A DNA stretch of 55,863 nt. Origin: an uncultured virus (IMG/VR IMGVR_UViG_3300037507_003964). Lineage: Duplodnaviria > Heunggongvirae > Uroviricota > Caudoviricetes. Location: IMG/VR virus record IMGVR_UViG_3300037507_003964. The stretch is one strand, 5' to 3'. Both the position numbers and the translations under genes were made by a program. Below, one piece after another: positions 44,930 through 53,920 of the stretch. The notes under the pieces are model-generated. The model was not told the DNA's origin, did no database searches, and was given only the letters and a program-made list of their open reading frames with translations. Numbering within the stretch: position 1 is the first letter of the stretch; each line of letters opens with the position of its first letter.

Positions 44930-45672
44930 AGTTTACTCCAAGGAATGTCGATTGAGTACGGTATAGGATCAATGTGTCCCGCCTTTGCAAAGTTTGCAAT
45001 ACGCTCTGAGCATGAAGGACACTTGCCGCATGATCTACCCATCTGATCGGGATTATAACATGTAAGCGTACTCATCAACAATCCTACACCCCCATCAAGT
45101 TCCTCGAGAAGTTTAATCTCTTCAAACTTGTTAAGTGTCACAAAAGGTGCGACTAGTTTGATCTTGATCTTTCTGTTCTCTGAAAAAACAGAATTCATCT
45201 TCTCTACGAACCGTGCCGTTGTGTCCCAGTAACCGTACTCGTCATGCACCTGCAAACCACATACCACATATTCCATACCTTGTGTCTCGGCGTAAGCTGC
45301 TGCCAGAGACATTAGAATCATGTTACGATTAGGCACATAGGTCTTAGGTGTGGGGTCACCTAGCACATCCTTGATAGTTGGCATGTCGATTGACTTATCA
45401 ACATTTGCAGAGAATCCTTGACTAATGTCACCCAGAACACTCAAGTCGAGGATCTTGTGTTCTACCATCAAATGTTTAGTCGTTTCCCTTGCCTTCTCAA
45501 TCTCAATAGCTTGCTTTTGCCCGTAGTTAAAAGTCAAAGCACGAACATTCTTATACCCATACTTCTCAACGCATAGACGCATTGCAATCGTGCTGTCCAT
45601 ACCTCCCGAGAGAACCACCACTACACCCTTTGTTTCGGGAAGTAAGTTCATAGTATCATTTAACTTCATCAT
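44914..45672 (-). CDS. queC: 7-cyano-7-deazaguanine synthase
   Basis: LSGGMDS, FNYGQ, TYVPNRN, TCY...CGKCPSC. Confidence 0.95.
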   Translation of the reverse strand: MMKLNDTMNLLPETKGVVVVLSGGMDSTIAMRLCVEKYGYKNVRALTFNYGQKQAIEIEKARETTKHLMVEHKILDLSVLGDISQGFSANVDKSIDMPTIKDVLGDPTPKTYVPNRNMILMSLAAAYAETQGMEYVVCGLQVHDEYGYWDTTARFVEKMNSVFSENRKIKIKLVAPFVTLNKFEEIKLLEELDGGVGLLMSTLTCYNPDQMGRSCGKCPSCSERIANFAKAGHIDPIPYSIDIPWSKLCAQS

Positions 45673-46607
45673 TGCCTCAAAGTTTTTTCACAAACAAAAT
45701 CAGGATTAGCAAGGGCAAAGGCATGTAGGTCAATTACATTTTTTGAGGAAGCACGGATAGGATTGATATCAATGCCACCCCTGCGAGTATATAGGCAAGT
45801 AACAAGAAGGTCATCGGGTTCCAAAAGATCCCAAAGGCGTTTATAAATGCATTCAGTAATTTCTTCATGGAAGTGATTTTCCTTTCTCATGGAAACGATG
45901 TACTTGAGGAATGACTCTGATGTGACACCTCTGTTTCCTCTATAGAAAACATATACATCTCCCCAGTCGGGTTGATTAGTTACACGACAGTTGGAACGCA
46001 ATGAGTTAGTGTGAAGATATGTATCTTCACCAGGTGAAGTTTCTATAACTTGCAGTAAAGAAGGATCTTCCGCATATGCATCAAATTTTAGAGATGTTAC
46101 ATCTATTACACTATCGATATGCCAATAATTATTTGAAAGTGGAGCAAAACCTTTCAAACTGCCGTTCTGGACATGTAAACGAACTCGCACATTAACCTTT
46201 AGCGCAGCACACAGATCCTTTGCAATAGCTGCTTGAATATGTTCCACTGCATACCTTACTGACATACCTGCAGGAACGATCCTAGCCATGTTGTATGAGT
46301 TCAAGTACAACTTTAATGACTTTGACTCAACAATGCTCTCCGACTCTGCGGGATAAACAATCTTCAAGAGACCAGAGATTGGATACCCGTTATGTAACAG
46401 AGTTGAAAACTCATAGCAATTCCAACTGTCATAACCAACAAAAGGCAAACGACTTTCATCAATGTTATATTGAATCCTGTTGTAGATTCTAGGAACTGGG
46501 ACAAGCAATGATGGGTCAACAGCATCAGGTGTGACATAGGGTTTTACAATTGATCCATCACCTGCCTTACCTAAATGGACAGATGCTAGTTGTTCAATGG
46601 TATTCAT
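45669..46607 (-). CDS. queF: NADPH-dependent preQ0 reductase, bimodular type
   Basis: ESKSLKLYLNS, LRSNCRVTNQPDWG, FHE, YTRRGGIDINP. Confidence 0.92.
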   Translation of the reverse strand: MNTIEQLASVHLGKAGDGSIVKPYVTPDAVDPSLLVPVPRIYNRIQYNIDESRLPFVGYDSWNCYEFSTLLHNGYPISGLLKIVYPAESESIVESKSLKLYLNSYNMARIVPAGMSVRYAVEHIQAAIAKDLCAALKVNVRVRLHVQNGSLKGFAPLSNNYWHIDSVIDVTSLKFDAYAEDPSLLQVIETSPGEDTYLHTNSLRSNCRVTNQPDWGDVYVFYRGNRGVTSESFLKYIVSMRKENHFHEEITECIYKRLWDLLEPDDLLVTCLYTRRGGIDINPIRASSKNVIDLHAFALANPDFVCEKTLRQ

Positions 46608-47926
46608 GTGAAGAGTCCTTCAAGTGAACTGTGGTTTTCTTTGCGCTTGATTCTTTTGCTTGGGACATGCTTACTAATGTGTGTGAACCATGCATCCATG
46701 TCCTCATCAGAACGAACACTTAAGAGACTGTCTATCTCTTTGTTGCCTGAAGAAGGTTCACGCATCACCGCATCAATACAAGTCACAAAGTTGTCGATCT
46801 GGAAATAAGTATGCAACACCTTCGACAAAAATGCAATGATCATCTCATCATCAGATAAGTTTATTGCACCTTCTTTGACCGTAGAATACTTCCAGTCACG
46901 CTTGCCGTCTCCCAGGATGATCTCGAGGAATCTTTCTAATGAAACTTTAGGACGGAGAAAGTCATTAAACAAAGTATATACATTAGAGAAGTGTGCTTCT
47001 GCTTTAGGAGTCCTCACAGATCCCAGGGCCCGGCAAGTCCCATTGACCTTCAAGAGCCCGTAGTCAAATGTAGAGGTGTGTGAGGAACTGTCATAGGAAA
47101 CTTTCTCGAAGGTATCAAGATATCCCGAACGATTCAGATACAAAATAGGCCTCATCCTGGAAATACTTCCTACTCCCAGAATATGCAAATGCTTCTTGAT
47201 GTTAGGGTGGCAAATCTTTGTAATCTCTTTTGCCCCCTTAAGCATCTCAATCGACTCAAGAACACCATTGCCGATGCAAGTATCTGCAATAGCCATGCCA
47301 CTAATGTTTTCATAATCTTCTTCTTTCAGTTGTGCTGCAATCTGCAAAAAGAAGTTCATCATGTCTCCGGCATTATTCCCTTGAACGATAGGAATCACCT
47401 TTGTCTTTGCTTTGTTCTCTTGAAAGACTTTGATCTGTTCTTTAATGTTCCTGCCCGTAGCGGCTCCCGACTCAGTGTGCTTTGACTCATTGAATAGTTT
47501 GTTTCCCACATTTGATCTTTCATTACGTGTGCGCGAGACGCTGAAAGATTCGAGGGGGATAACATCAAAGCACATTGCATAGTCGGCAAAGGTTTGTGTC
47601 TTGTAGATATCACGCTTGATCTGTTCGGTAATTGTTTTCCCTGCAGTGACAATCTGCAATCCGCCTGAATCCGCGTAGACAGACCTTGCACCTAGCTTAT
47701 TTAAGGAATCAAACTTCTCTACAAAGTTACCTTCAGTATAAGCGTTGAAGAGAACTGCGATACATGGATGACTGCTTTGTGCCTTTGCAGCGATACTTGC
47801 ATTCAGACTTTGCATTAGGTCAAGAAGGCCTTGCCGCAAAATCGCATGCTTGTTATCGTAAACATAGTTAGTAAACACACCCATCATCCCGCAAGCTGAG
47901 ATGACATATTCGAGATTGGGTTTCAT
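46604..47926 (-). CDS. TGT-fold transglycosylase, probable DpdA-type DNA deazaguanine inserting enzyme
   Basis: ADSGG, FDVIP, PIVQG, HILGVG, YDSSS; inside the Que cluster; no CxCxxC Zn motif visible. Confidence 0.75.
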   Translation of the reverse strand: MKPNLEYVISACGMMGVFTNYVYDNKHAILRQGLLDLMQSLNASIAAKAQSSHPCIAVLFNAYTEGNFVEKFDSLNKLGARSVYADSGGLQIVTAGKTITEQIKRDIYKTQTFADYAMCFDVIPLESFSVSRTRNERSNVGNKLFNESKHTESGAATGRNIKEQIKVFQENKAKTKVIPIVQGNNAGDMMNFFLQIAAQLKEEDYENISGMAIADTCIGNGVLESIEMLKGAKEITKICHPNIKKHLHILGVGSISRMRPILYLNRSGYLDTFEKVSYDSSSHTSTFDYGLLKVNGTCRALGSVRTPKAEAHFSNVYTLFNDFLRPKVSLERFLEIILGDGKRDWKYSTVKEGAINLSDDEMIIAFLSKVLHTYFQIDNFVTCIDAVMREPSSGNKEIDSLLSVRSDEDMDAWFTHISKHVPSKRIKRKENHSSLEGLFT

Positions 47927-48597
47927 CGTTTGTTTACCAAGTTCATAAACTCTGCACGAACCGCAGGATCAGTTTTGAACTCTCCGCCTAGCTTGCTAGT
48001 GATGGTTGAAGAACCCACATCTTCAATACCTCTTGACTTGACACAGTAATGCTGTGCATCAATGACTACAGCAATATCATCTGTATCAAGAATAAATTGT
48101 AGTGCATGATAAATTTGTTCTGTGAGTCGTTCTTGGATTTGAGGGCGCTTAGAGAAGTATTCAACTACTCGATTGATTTTACTGAGACCCAGAACTTTCT
48201 TCTTAGGAATATAAGCAACGGTTGCCTTACCATCAATCACAACGAAGTGATGCTCACAGTTCGATTGGACATTGATATTGCGCTCAATGACCATCTCATC
48301 ATACTTCATTTTATTTTCGACAGTCGTGCATTTGGGGAATGCATCGTGATCTAATCCATAAAAGATTTCGTTCACATACATTTTTGCAACACGATTGGGA
48401 GTTTCATTGAGCGAGTCATCATCTGTATCAAGACCCAGAACAAGCATGATATGCCTAAAGCTACTCTCAATTTCTTTGATCTTATCTTTACGCTCTACAG
48501 CGTGCTTGAAGGTGGGTGTCTCTACACCACATTTCAGAAGATGCTGATGGACCTTTTGTCCAAGAATAGGATCAGTTTTAGTTTTATTGTATGACAT
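47923..48597 (-). CDS. folE: GTP cyclohydrolase I
   Basis: ETPNRVAKM, SNCEHHF, GLSKINR, PQIQERL, HYCVKSRG. Confidence 0.96.
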   Translation of the reverse strand: MSYNKTKTDPILGQKVHQHLLKCGVETPTFKHAVERKDKIKEIESSFRHIMLVLGLDTDDDSLNETPNRVAKMYVNEIFYGLDHDAFPKCTTVENKMKYDEMVIERNINVQSNCEHHFVVIDGKATVAYIPKKKVLGLSKINRVVEYFSKRPQIQERLTEQIYHALQFILDTDDIAVVIDAQHYCVKSRGIEDVGSSTITSKLGGEFKTDPAVRAEFMNLVNKR

Positions 48598-48622
48598 ATT
48601 ATCCTTCCTTACGCGGATATGA

Positions 48623-49489
48623 TTAGGTTCCCCATGCATTTTTGAACAAGGGGACTTGTAGTCGATCTGAGTATCGCCATCCTTTCTTCATAGCCAACTC
48701 TGCGACCTTTCTATTATTCATAGTATAGACAAATTCAACACCACCCACAGGCATGAGATAAACAGGACCTCTAAATCCACATTCCTCATACTCGTAAACT
48801 GCTTCTTCAGCTTCTGCAACATCATCTTCTGTTGCAACAACGAACTTTAAGTATGTATATCCCACCGATTGATACTGTGCAACCACTTCGGGTTTGATTG
48901 CCTCTTTCCAATCCTCGCCACTTACACTAAGTTTAGGACTAACCGAAAAGGTCAGTTGGTTGGGATTACGAATATCGCCAATCCATTCGCCCCGCAAATA
49001 ATCTTCAAAATCATCTGTGAGACTTTGCGTGCCATTTGTCTCAAAAGTCAATTCAAGCAAAGGTTGCATATTGATATGTTCAAGAAGTTCGGGATATGCC
49101 TTTTGCCACCCCAACAAAGGTTCTCCGCCTGTAATAACTAAATGCTCATCTCGCCAATCTTTGTGTGGAAGTGAGTTGACGATTGCTTCTGCAATTGCCT
49201 CAGTTGTCAACAAAGGGGACAGATGTTTGAAGTTAGGATCCCAACTCGCATATGAGTCACACCCTGTAGATACAAGAGGCAGTTGTTCGTACTTTGTATA
49301 TTTACTTGCCTCACCTGCAATCATAAATCGTTCTTTTGAGAATTCACCTTTAGGCATACCAAACCCGCCGCAGGTAAAGTTACAACCGAAGGTTCGAAGA
49401 AAGACACTTGGTACACCCATGTACCTGCCTTCACCCTGAATGCTATAAAAAAGTTCACTTACCTTGATCTTTTGCATTTTCATCTCCAA
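48623..49489 (-). CDS. queE: 7-carboxy-7-deazaguanine synthase (radical SAM)
   Basis: ELFYSIQGEG, RTFGCNFTC...GCD, ITGGEP, ETNGT, SVSPK. Confidence 0.92.
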   Translation of the reverse strand: MEMKMQKIKVSELFYSIQGEGRYMGVPSVFLRTFGCNFTCGGFGMPKGEFSKERFMIAGEASKYTKYEQLPLVSTGCDSYASWDPNFKHLSPLLTTEAIAEAIVNSLPHKDWRDEHLVITGGEPLLGWQKAYPELLEHINMQPLLELTFETNGTQSLTDDFEDYLRGEWIGDIRNPNQLTFSVSPKLSVSGEDWKEAIKPEVVAQYQSVGYTYLKFVVATEDDVAEAEEAVYEYEECGFRGPVYLMPVGGVEFVYTMNNRKVAELAMKKGWRYSDRLQVPLFKNAWGT

Positions 49490-49495
49490 AGGTGC

Positions 49496-49524
49496 ATTGT
49501 ATAGTAGTATTTAGCAAAAATCAA
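49496..49524 (-). promoter_or_regulatory. overlapping sigma70-like (TTGATT-N17-TACAAT) and late-like (CTAAATA) signals before queE
   Basis: attgta 49496-501, aatcaa 49519-24, tatttag 49508-14. Confidence 0.4.
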
Positions 49525-50060
49525 TCGTCAAAGTTCAGTCGCGGACCTGGTTGTTCAGAAAGTTTTACACTTTTAGCTGCAAGAGACCTTCTATCAGGAT
49601 CTATCTGATCAAGTTGTTTGCGTATGTAATCAAGAAGTTGTGTGCCCACCTCATCGTTATCACCCTCTTGAGTAATGATCTCATCTATGTTAATATTCTC
49701 AAGCATCTTATACTTTGTTGCTTGCTGCTTCTTCTCCTTTTGAATTCTGCGAATGAAAGCGAAGTAAACGATCTGAGTATAGTATGCGAATGGGTTGGAT
49801 GACTTGGTATGATCAAACTTCTCTGCTGCAATCAGGCAGTTTTCGATAGCATCAGATACCATATCATCTCTAAACGAATAGTTGATAAAGTTTCCCTTAT
49901 ATGCAAGGTGTGTTGCAATTTTGATGAAACACTCACCTATGTAGTTAGGAAGGATGGGTTTATCTCTTCCCTCGGCGACTGCCTCATTGCATGATGCCTT
50001 ATAGGCAATCAAGGCATGAAGAAACTTCTCATTGTCTACATAATGCGCTGTCTTTTTCAT
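49521..50060 (-). CDS. gp55: late transcription sigma factor gp55
   Basis: HYVDN, YIGECFIKIA, NFINY...DMVSDAIENC, NPFAYYTQI.Y.AF.RRI.KEKKQ. Confidence 0.96.
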   Translation of the reverse strand: MKKTAHYVDNEKFLHALIAYKASCNEAVAEGRDKPILPNYIGECFIKIATHLAYKGNFINYSFRDDMVSDAIENCLIAAEKFDHTKSSNPFAYYTQIVYFAFIRRIQKEKKQQATKYKMLENINIDEIITQEGDNDEVGTQLLDYIRKQLDQIDPDRRSLAAKSVKLSEQPGPRLNFDD

Positions 50061-50503
50061 TAGTGTAACCACCTTTTCGGTTCATCATCTTGTGAAAGTT
50101 CATCAATAATTTCTTCTAAAACCCCGTCTTTTTCTGAATCTTCGTCACCCTCCATTCCTTCCTCAAGTAGCTGGTGTGAGTCAGGATCGGTGATGTACTC
50201 AATATACTTCTCAACGAATGCTTCCTTCAAGTCACCAACAAAGATCACATTATTGATTGGTATCACTACCTCGTTTGTTGATGAGAATGGCGCCCAGGCC
50301 TGCATAATATACTTTTCGATGATTGATCCATTGAAGGGCATTTTGAATGAGTAGATTTGTATGGGATCTGTAACAAGGAGGTGTTTTAGTTTTCTAATGT
50401 CTGTTACATCTTCATAGGAAGTACACATGAGGTTATCACCATTAGTTAGCTTTACGAAGATGAATTTAGCTTCAACCTGTTCGCGCTCTTTTGGTTTACT
50501 CAT
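50060..50503 (-). CDS. hypothetical protein between uvsW and gp55
   Basis: VKLTNGD N-terminus, acidic tail; position typical of T4-like genomes. Confidence 0.7.
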   Translation of the reverse strand: MSKPKEREQVEAKFIFVKLTNGDNLMCTSYEDVTDIRKLKHLLVTDPIQIYSFKMPFNGSIIEKYIMQAWAPFSSTNEVVIPINNVIFVGDLKEAFVEKYIEYITDPDSHQLLEEGMEGDEDSEKDGVLEEIIDELSQDDEPKRWLH

Positions 50504-51995
50504 TTAAGTCTACCTTTATCAACTTATAGTTGAATTGTTCTTCGTTATAAATCTTTATTCGTTCAACCATATGCTCAAGGGTGAAGTTTTTTCTTGACTT
50601 CCATGACAAGTCATCACCAATATCGTACAAGTTACAGGAGTCTTTAGTTGCTGAGATGCGTAGGCCTCTACCTATTGACTGTAAGTTCCTGATGCGTGAC
50701 TTCGAGGGAGATGCAAAGATTACATTGTGAAGGTTTTTGATACTTATACCTGTCGAAAAAGTCCCATACGATGCAACGATTATAGCACCATATTCTTTTT
50801 CTGTCAATGCTCTAACATTCTCACGCTGCTGAGCATCAGTGCCTCCGTACACAAAGAAAACTTTTCTGTCACCCGCTTTCTCTTGTATCATCCCAAGCAA
50901 CTTCTTGCCATGCTTTTCTACATACTGAAACAAGACAAGGGTGTTTCCCTCACACTTCAAAGTTAGATTGCGTATGAATCTATTTCTTGCATCATTATTT
51001 ACCAAGAAATCCATCTCCTGCTGGTAGTCAAACTTCGCAGAACGCTTGGTTTCATCCTTGTAGTTGAGGACAATGCAGTAGATTTTCAGGTCAGCCACAC
51101 GCTTGCTGTCCATCAACTTCTTAGTTGTAGTAACTTTATAGACAGGTCCAAAGAGACCTTCAAGAACTAACTTATGTGTTTGTGTGCCGTCAAGTGAACC
51201 TGTAGCACCCACACGATAGGGGGCATTCACGCACTTCGACATGATACCCGTAAGAGACTTCGCTTTGAAAAGGTGTGCCTCATCACCGTAGATACATGAA
51301 AATGATTCAAAAAACTTCTTTGGGAGCTTTTGTAGAGATTGCCAAGTTGATATGACCACAGGATAATCACCACTCTTGGTTGCATGTCCTGCATCAGAAT
51401 GAATACGAAAACAATGCAACCCAGGATCCCAGCGATTCAAACTCGAATAGTCGGCGAAGTCAGAATACATTTGTTCCACAAGTGAGGTGGTAGGAACAAT
51501 GATTAGTTGCCTACGATTTCTTTCGAAATGCCATCGAACCAATGAGTAAATGATGAATGACTTTCCTGAACTTGTGGGGGAAAGTAACATCTTGCGACCT
51601 GTGGTGATCACACGATGAATAGCATCGACCTGATAATCATACACCTCGAAAGGTTTGCCTTGACTGGTTGGCTTTAGATCATCACAAAATGCCTTAACCT
51701 GTTCAGATGTTACTTCTTCACCCTTTCTATCAAACTTAGTAAGGTCAATGCTATAGTCATTGCTTGTAGCGTAGGCCTCAAGATAATCAACAAGGCCTAC
51801 ATATAACTCACCCGACATATAGTTTAGCAAACGAATTTTGCCATCCCACATTCGATTACGATACAAAGGAGTGAACTTCGCACCAGGAACATCAAAGGTA
51901 AAGTGTTCTGATAGCTCCTGCCGCAAGCTAGGGTCACAATCTACGATTGCATAAACCTCATCCCTCTTTCGTACTCGAATATCAGATTGATCCAT
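50496..51995 (-). CDS. uvsW: UvsW RNA-DNA/DNA helicase
   Basis: WDGKIRL, SPTSSGKS, DEAH, STGIS, QSIGRGLR. Confidence 0.96.
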   Translation of the reverse strand: MDQSDIRVRKRDEVYAIVDCDPSLRQELSEHFTFDVPGAKFTPLYRNRMWDGKIRLLNYMSGELYVGLVDYLEAYATSNDYSIDLTKFDRKGEEVTSEQVKAFCDDLKPTSQGKPFEVYDYQVDAIHRVITTGRKMLLSPTSSGKSFIIYSLVRWHFERNRRQLIIVPTTSLVEQMYSDFADYSSLNRWDPGLHCFRIHSDAGHATKSGDYPVVISTWQSLQKLPKKFFESFSCIYGDEAHLFKAKSLTGIMSKCVNAPYRVGATGSLDGTQTHKLVLEGLFGPVYKVTTTKKLMDSKRVADLKIYCIVLNYKDETKRSAKFDYQQEMDFLVNNDARNRFIRNLTLKCEGNTLVLFQYVEKHGKKLLGMIQEKAGDRKVFFVYGGTDAQQRENVRALTEKEYGAIIVASYGTFSTGISIKNLHNVIFASPSKSRIRNLQSIGRGLRISATKDSCNLYDIGDDLSWKSRKNFTLEHMVERIKIYNEEQFNYKLIKVDLNE

Positions 51996-52422
51996 TTGTC
52001 CATTTCAACCATTCAATATGGTTCTTTATGTCCCAAGTGCGTGAGTTAAGTGATTTGAGAATATTCTCAAGTTGGTAAACAACTGTCTTGAAGTATTCAA
52101 TTTTGTCTTGTAACGATATAAGTTGTTCGTCATGAGCAAGGAACTCATCCATTTCATTCTTTAACGGTTTTGTTCCTTGCCATTGTGACCAACCTTCATC
52201 TTCTAGTTCACTTCGTGTCATTTCTCCACGATAATAACGAAATTTCTTTCTACGCATGTTTTCATATGTGGATTCTGTCTTGCGTAGGTTCAATTTTGCT
52301 GAAGTGAGAAGGTTAAGATATTTGGCGTGAAGTTGTGGTGTTCGTGTTGCCTCTATACCCAAATTCATTTCATCTATCTTACAATCCTTCTCCCAGCTTT
52401 CTTGCAGATCACTTAGTTTCAT
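51982..52422 (-). CDS. uvsY: UvsY recombination mediator
   Basis: WEKDCKID...PQLHAKYL...YYRG...RTWDIKNHIEW. Confidence 0.92.
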   Translation of the reverse strand: MKLSDLQESWEKDCKIDEMNLGIEATRTPQLHAKYLNLLTSAKLNLRKTESTYENMRRKKFRYYRGEMTRSELEDEGWSQWQGTKPLKNEMDEFLAHDEQLISLQDKIEYFKTVVYQLENILKSLNSRTWDIKNHIEWLKWTNGSI

Positions 52423-53243
52423 TGTACCTTTTCAAAAATGATTGTAGGGTTGCCTTGGAAGGGAATCGTGCCATAATGATTCAAGCTGATGTTTGGATCA
52501 AGCCAAACTTGACCCCCCAGGTTCTGCCACCTGCGACAGAAAGTATAATCCTCTGATAAGTAACGCTTTGAACTTTCTTCAATGATAGTATCGAAGAAGG
52601 CGTAGGTGTGTTTATCTAGATCCTTATCAACATTGATATCATTGTTGTATTGAAGTTCAGGGTAAGCCTTAGCCATACTTTCAAGAACACTACGCTTGAT
52701 AAGCATGAATCCTGTGCCGGCATCTTTCAATGCAACCAATCCATCTTGAACTTCGATTGATCGTTTTTCTATTTCTTTGAACTGAAAGTTGATAGCATAC
52801 TCACTTCCTGCTGCCGCAAGATCACTTGAAGGGGAGTCAGGATTTTGCTGAATAAATTTTTTGATAATTTCCCAGTTGATACCCTTTTTTGGATATGCGC
52901 CAACAACTATATCTTTATCAGCTGCAATCAAGCGAATAACATCATCAACCTTAAATTCAATATCTGCATCAATGAAAAGAAGATGGGTGCAATCAGAACG
53001 CAGGAAAAACGCAGTCAATGTGTTTCGTGCTCGAGGAACAAGAGACTCATTAGCAATAGTTCCAAACTGCAAAGGGATGCTGTGCTTATCACAAAAGAAA
53101 ACTAGTCGAAGAATACTTTTGAAATAGGGTTCAGTTAGTGCTCCACCATAACAAGGTGTAGCAATAAAAAGTTTTGACTTCTGTAGATCAGCGATAGGAA
53201 TACTTTTTTGCACCGCACCAGGGGGTAGTGTTTGTTCAGCCAT
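52419..53243 (-). CDS. GT-A-fold glycosyltransferase-like protein
   Basis: IATPCYGG, ESLVPRARN, LFIDAD, GTGFMLIKR, LSEDYTFC. Confidence 0.7.
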   Translation of the reverse strand: MAEQTLPPGAVQKSIPIADLQKSKLFIATPCYGGALTEPYFKSILRLVFFCDKHSIPLQFGTIANESLVPRARNTLTAFFLRSDCTHLLFIDADIEFKVDDVIRLIAADKDIVVGAYPKKGINWEIIKKFIQQNPDSPSSDLAAAGSEYAINFQFKEIEKRSIEVQDGLVALKDAGTGFMLIKRSVLESMAKAYPELQYNNDINVDKDLDKHTYAFFDTIIEESSKRYLSEDYTFCRRWQNLGGQVWLDPNISLNHYGTIPFQGNPTIIFEKVQ

Positions 53244-53259
53244 AATTTACTCCAAAAAG

Positions 53260-53841
53260 TTATTGTGTAACCACTTCAAACGACAAATATTTGAAAGTTG
53301 CTCCGCAGACAAGATACTGAATGTTATCAACCGTTGTGTTAAATGACAATGGCGATAATGTGATGGGAAAAAGTTGTTTGAACTTTACTTCAATCTTAGG
53401 TAAGTTAGAAGAGTTAAGAATGAACAAGGATGCATCTGAATACTTAACTAACTCAGAATATTTATTCTCTTTCGTTGCACCCGGAAATCTATTAAGCCTC
53501 TTATTGATAAAAATATCATAAGTTTCAGAATCATATTGTGTCAGTCCCAATAGCCAGTTAAATAGTTCCTTATAATTTTGCATGTTTTCTGAAACAATGA
53601 AACTTAAACTAAAATCACCAAACTCTGGTTTATGATCAGGTATTTTTATGTCAATACTAGGATATCCAACCTGTACGAAACCAATACCCAGAGTAGGAAG
53701 TGTAACCTCTTGGCAAGTATACGCAACATTAGGCAAATCTTTAATAACAAACCTAAACCCGTTGGGCTTCAAATAATCATAAGTCGCAGGAAGATTTGCG
53801 TTATAAGAATTCGCTAAATCGGATGACCCTTGAATATACAA
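53260..53841 (-). CDS. gp3: gp3 tail tube terminator / tail completion protein
   Basis: YLKPNGFRF...FIVSENMQNYKELFNW...SDASLFIL...FPITLS; follows gp23. Confidence 0.85.
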   Translation of the reverse strand: MYIQGSSDLANSYNANLPATYDYLKPNGFRFVIKDLPNVAYTCQEVTLPTLGIGFVQVGYPSIDIKIPDHKPEFGDFSLSFIVSENMQNYKELFNWLLGLTQYDSETYDIFINKRLNRFPGATKENKYSELVKYSDASLFILNSSNLPKIEVKFKQLFPITLSPLSFNTTVDNIQYLVCGATFKYLSFEVVTQ

Positions 53842-53861
53842 TGTTTTTCTCCATTATGCAA

Positions 53862-53869
53862 TATTTATA
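53862..53869 (-). promoter_or_regulatory. T4 late promoter TATAAATA
   Basis: Exact consensus upstream of gp3. Confidence 0.8.
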
Positions 53870-53873
53870 TGAT

Positions 53874-53898
53874 AAAAAAAGGGGGACCGAAGTCCCCC
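53874..53898 (-). terminator. intrinsic terminator with C(UUCG)G tetraloop after gp23
   Basis: GGGGGAC-TTCG-GTCCCCC-TTTTTTT. Confidence 0.92.
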
Positions 53899-53920
53899 AA
53901 GACCGATCTACGCCGGTTTC

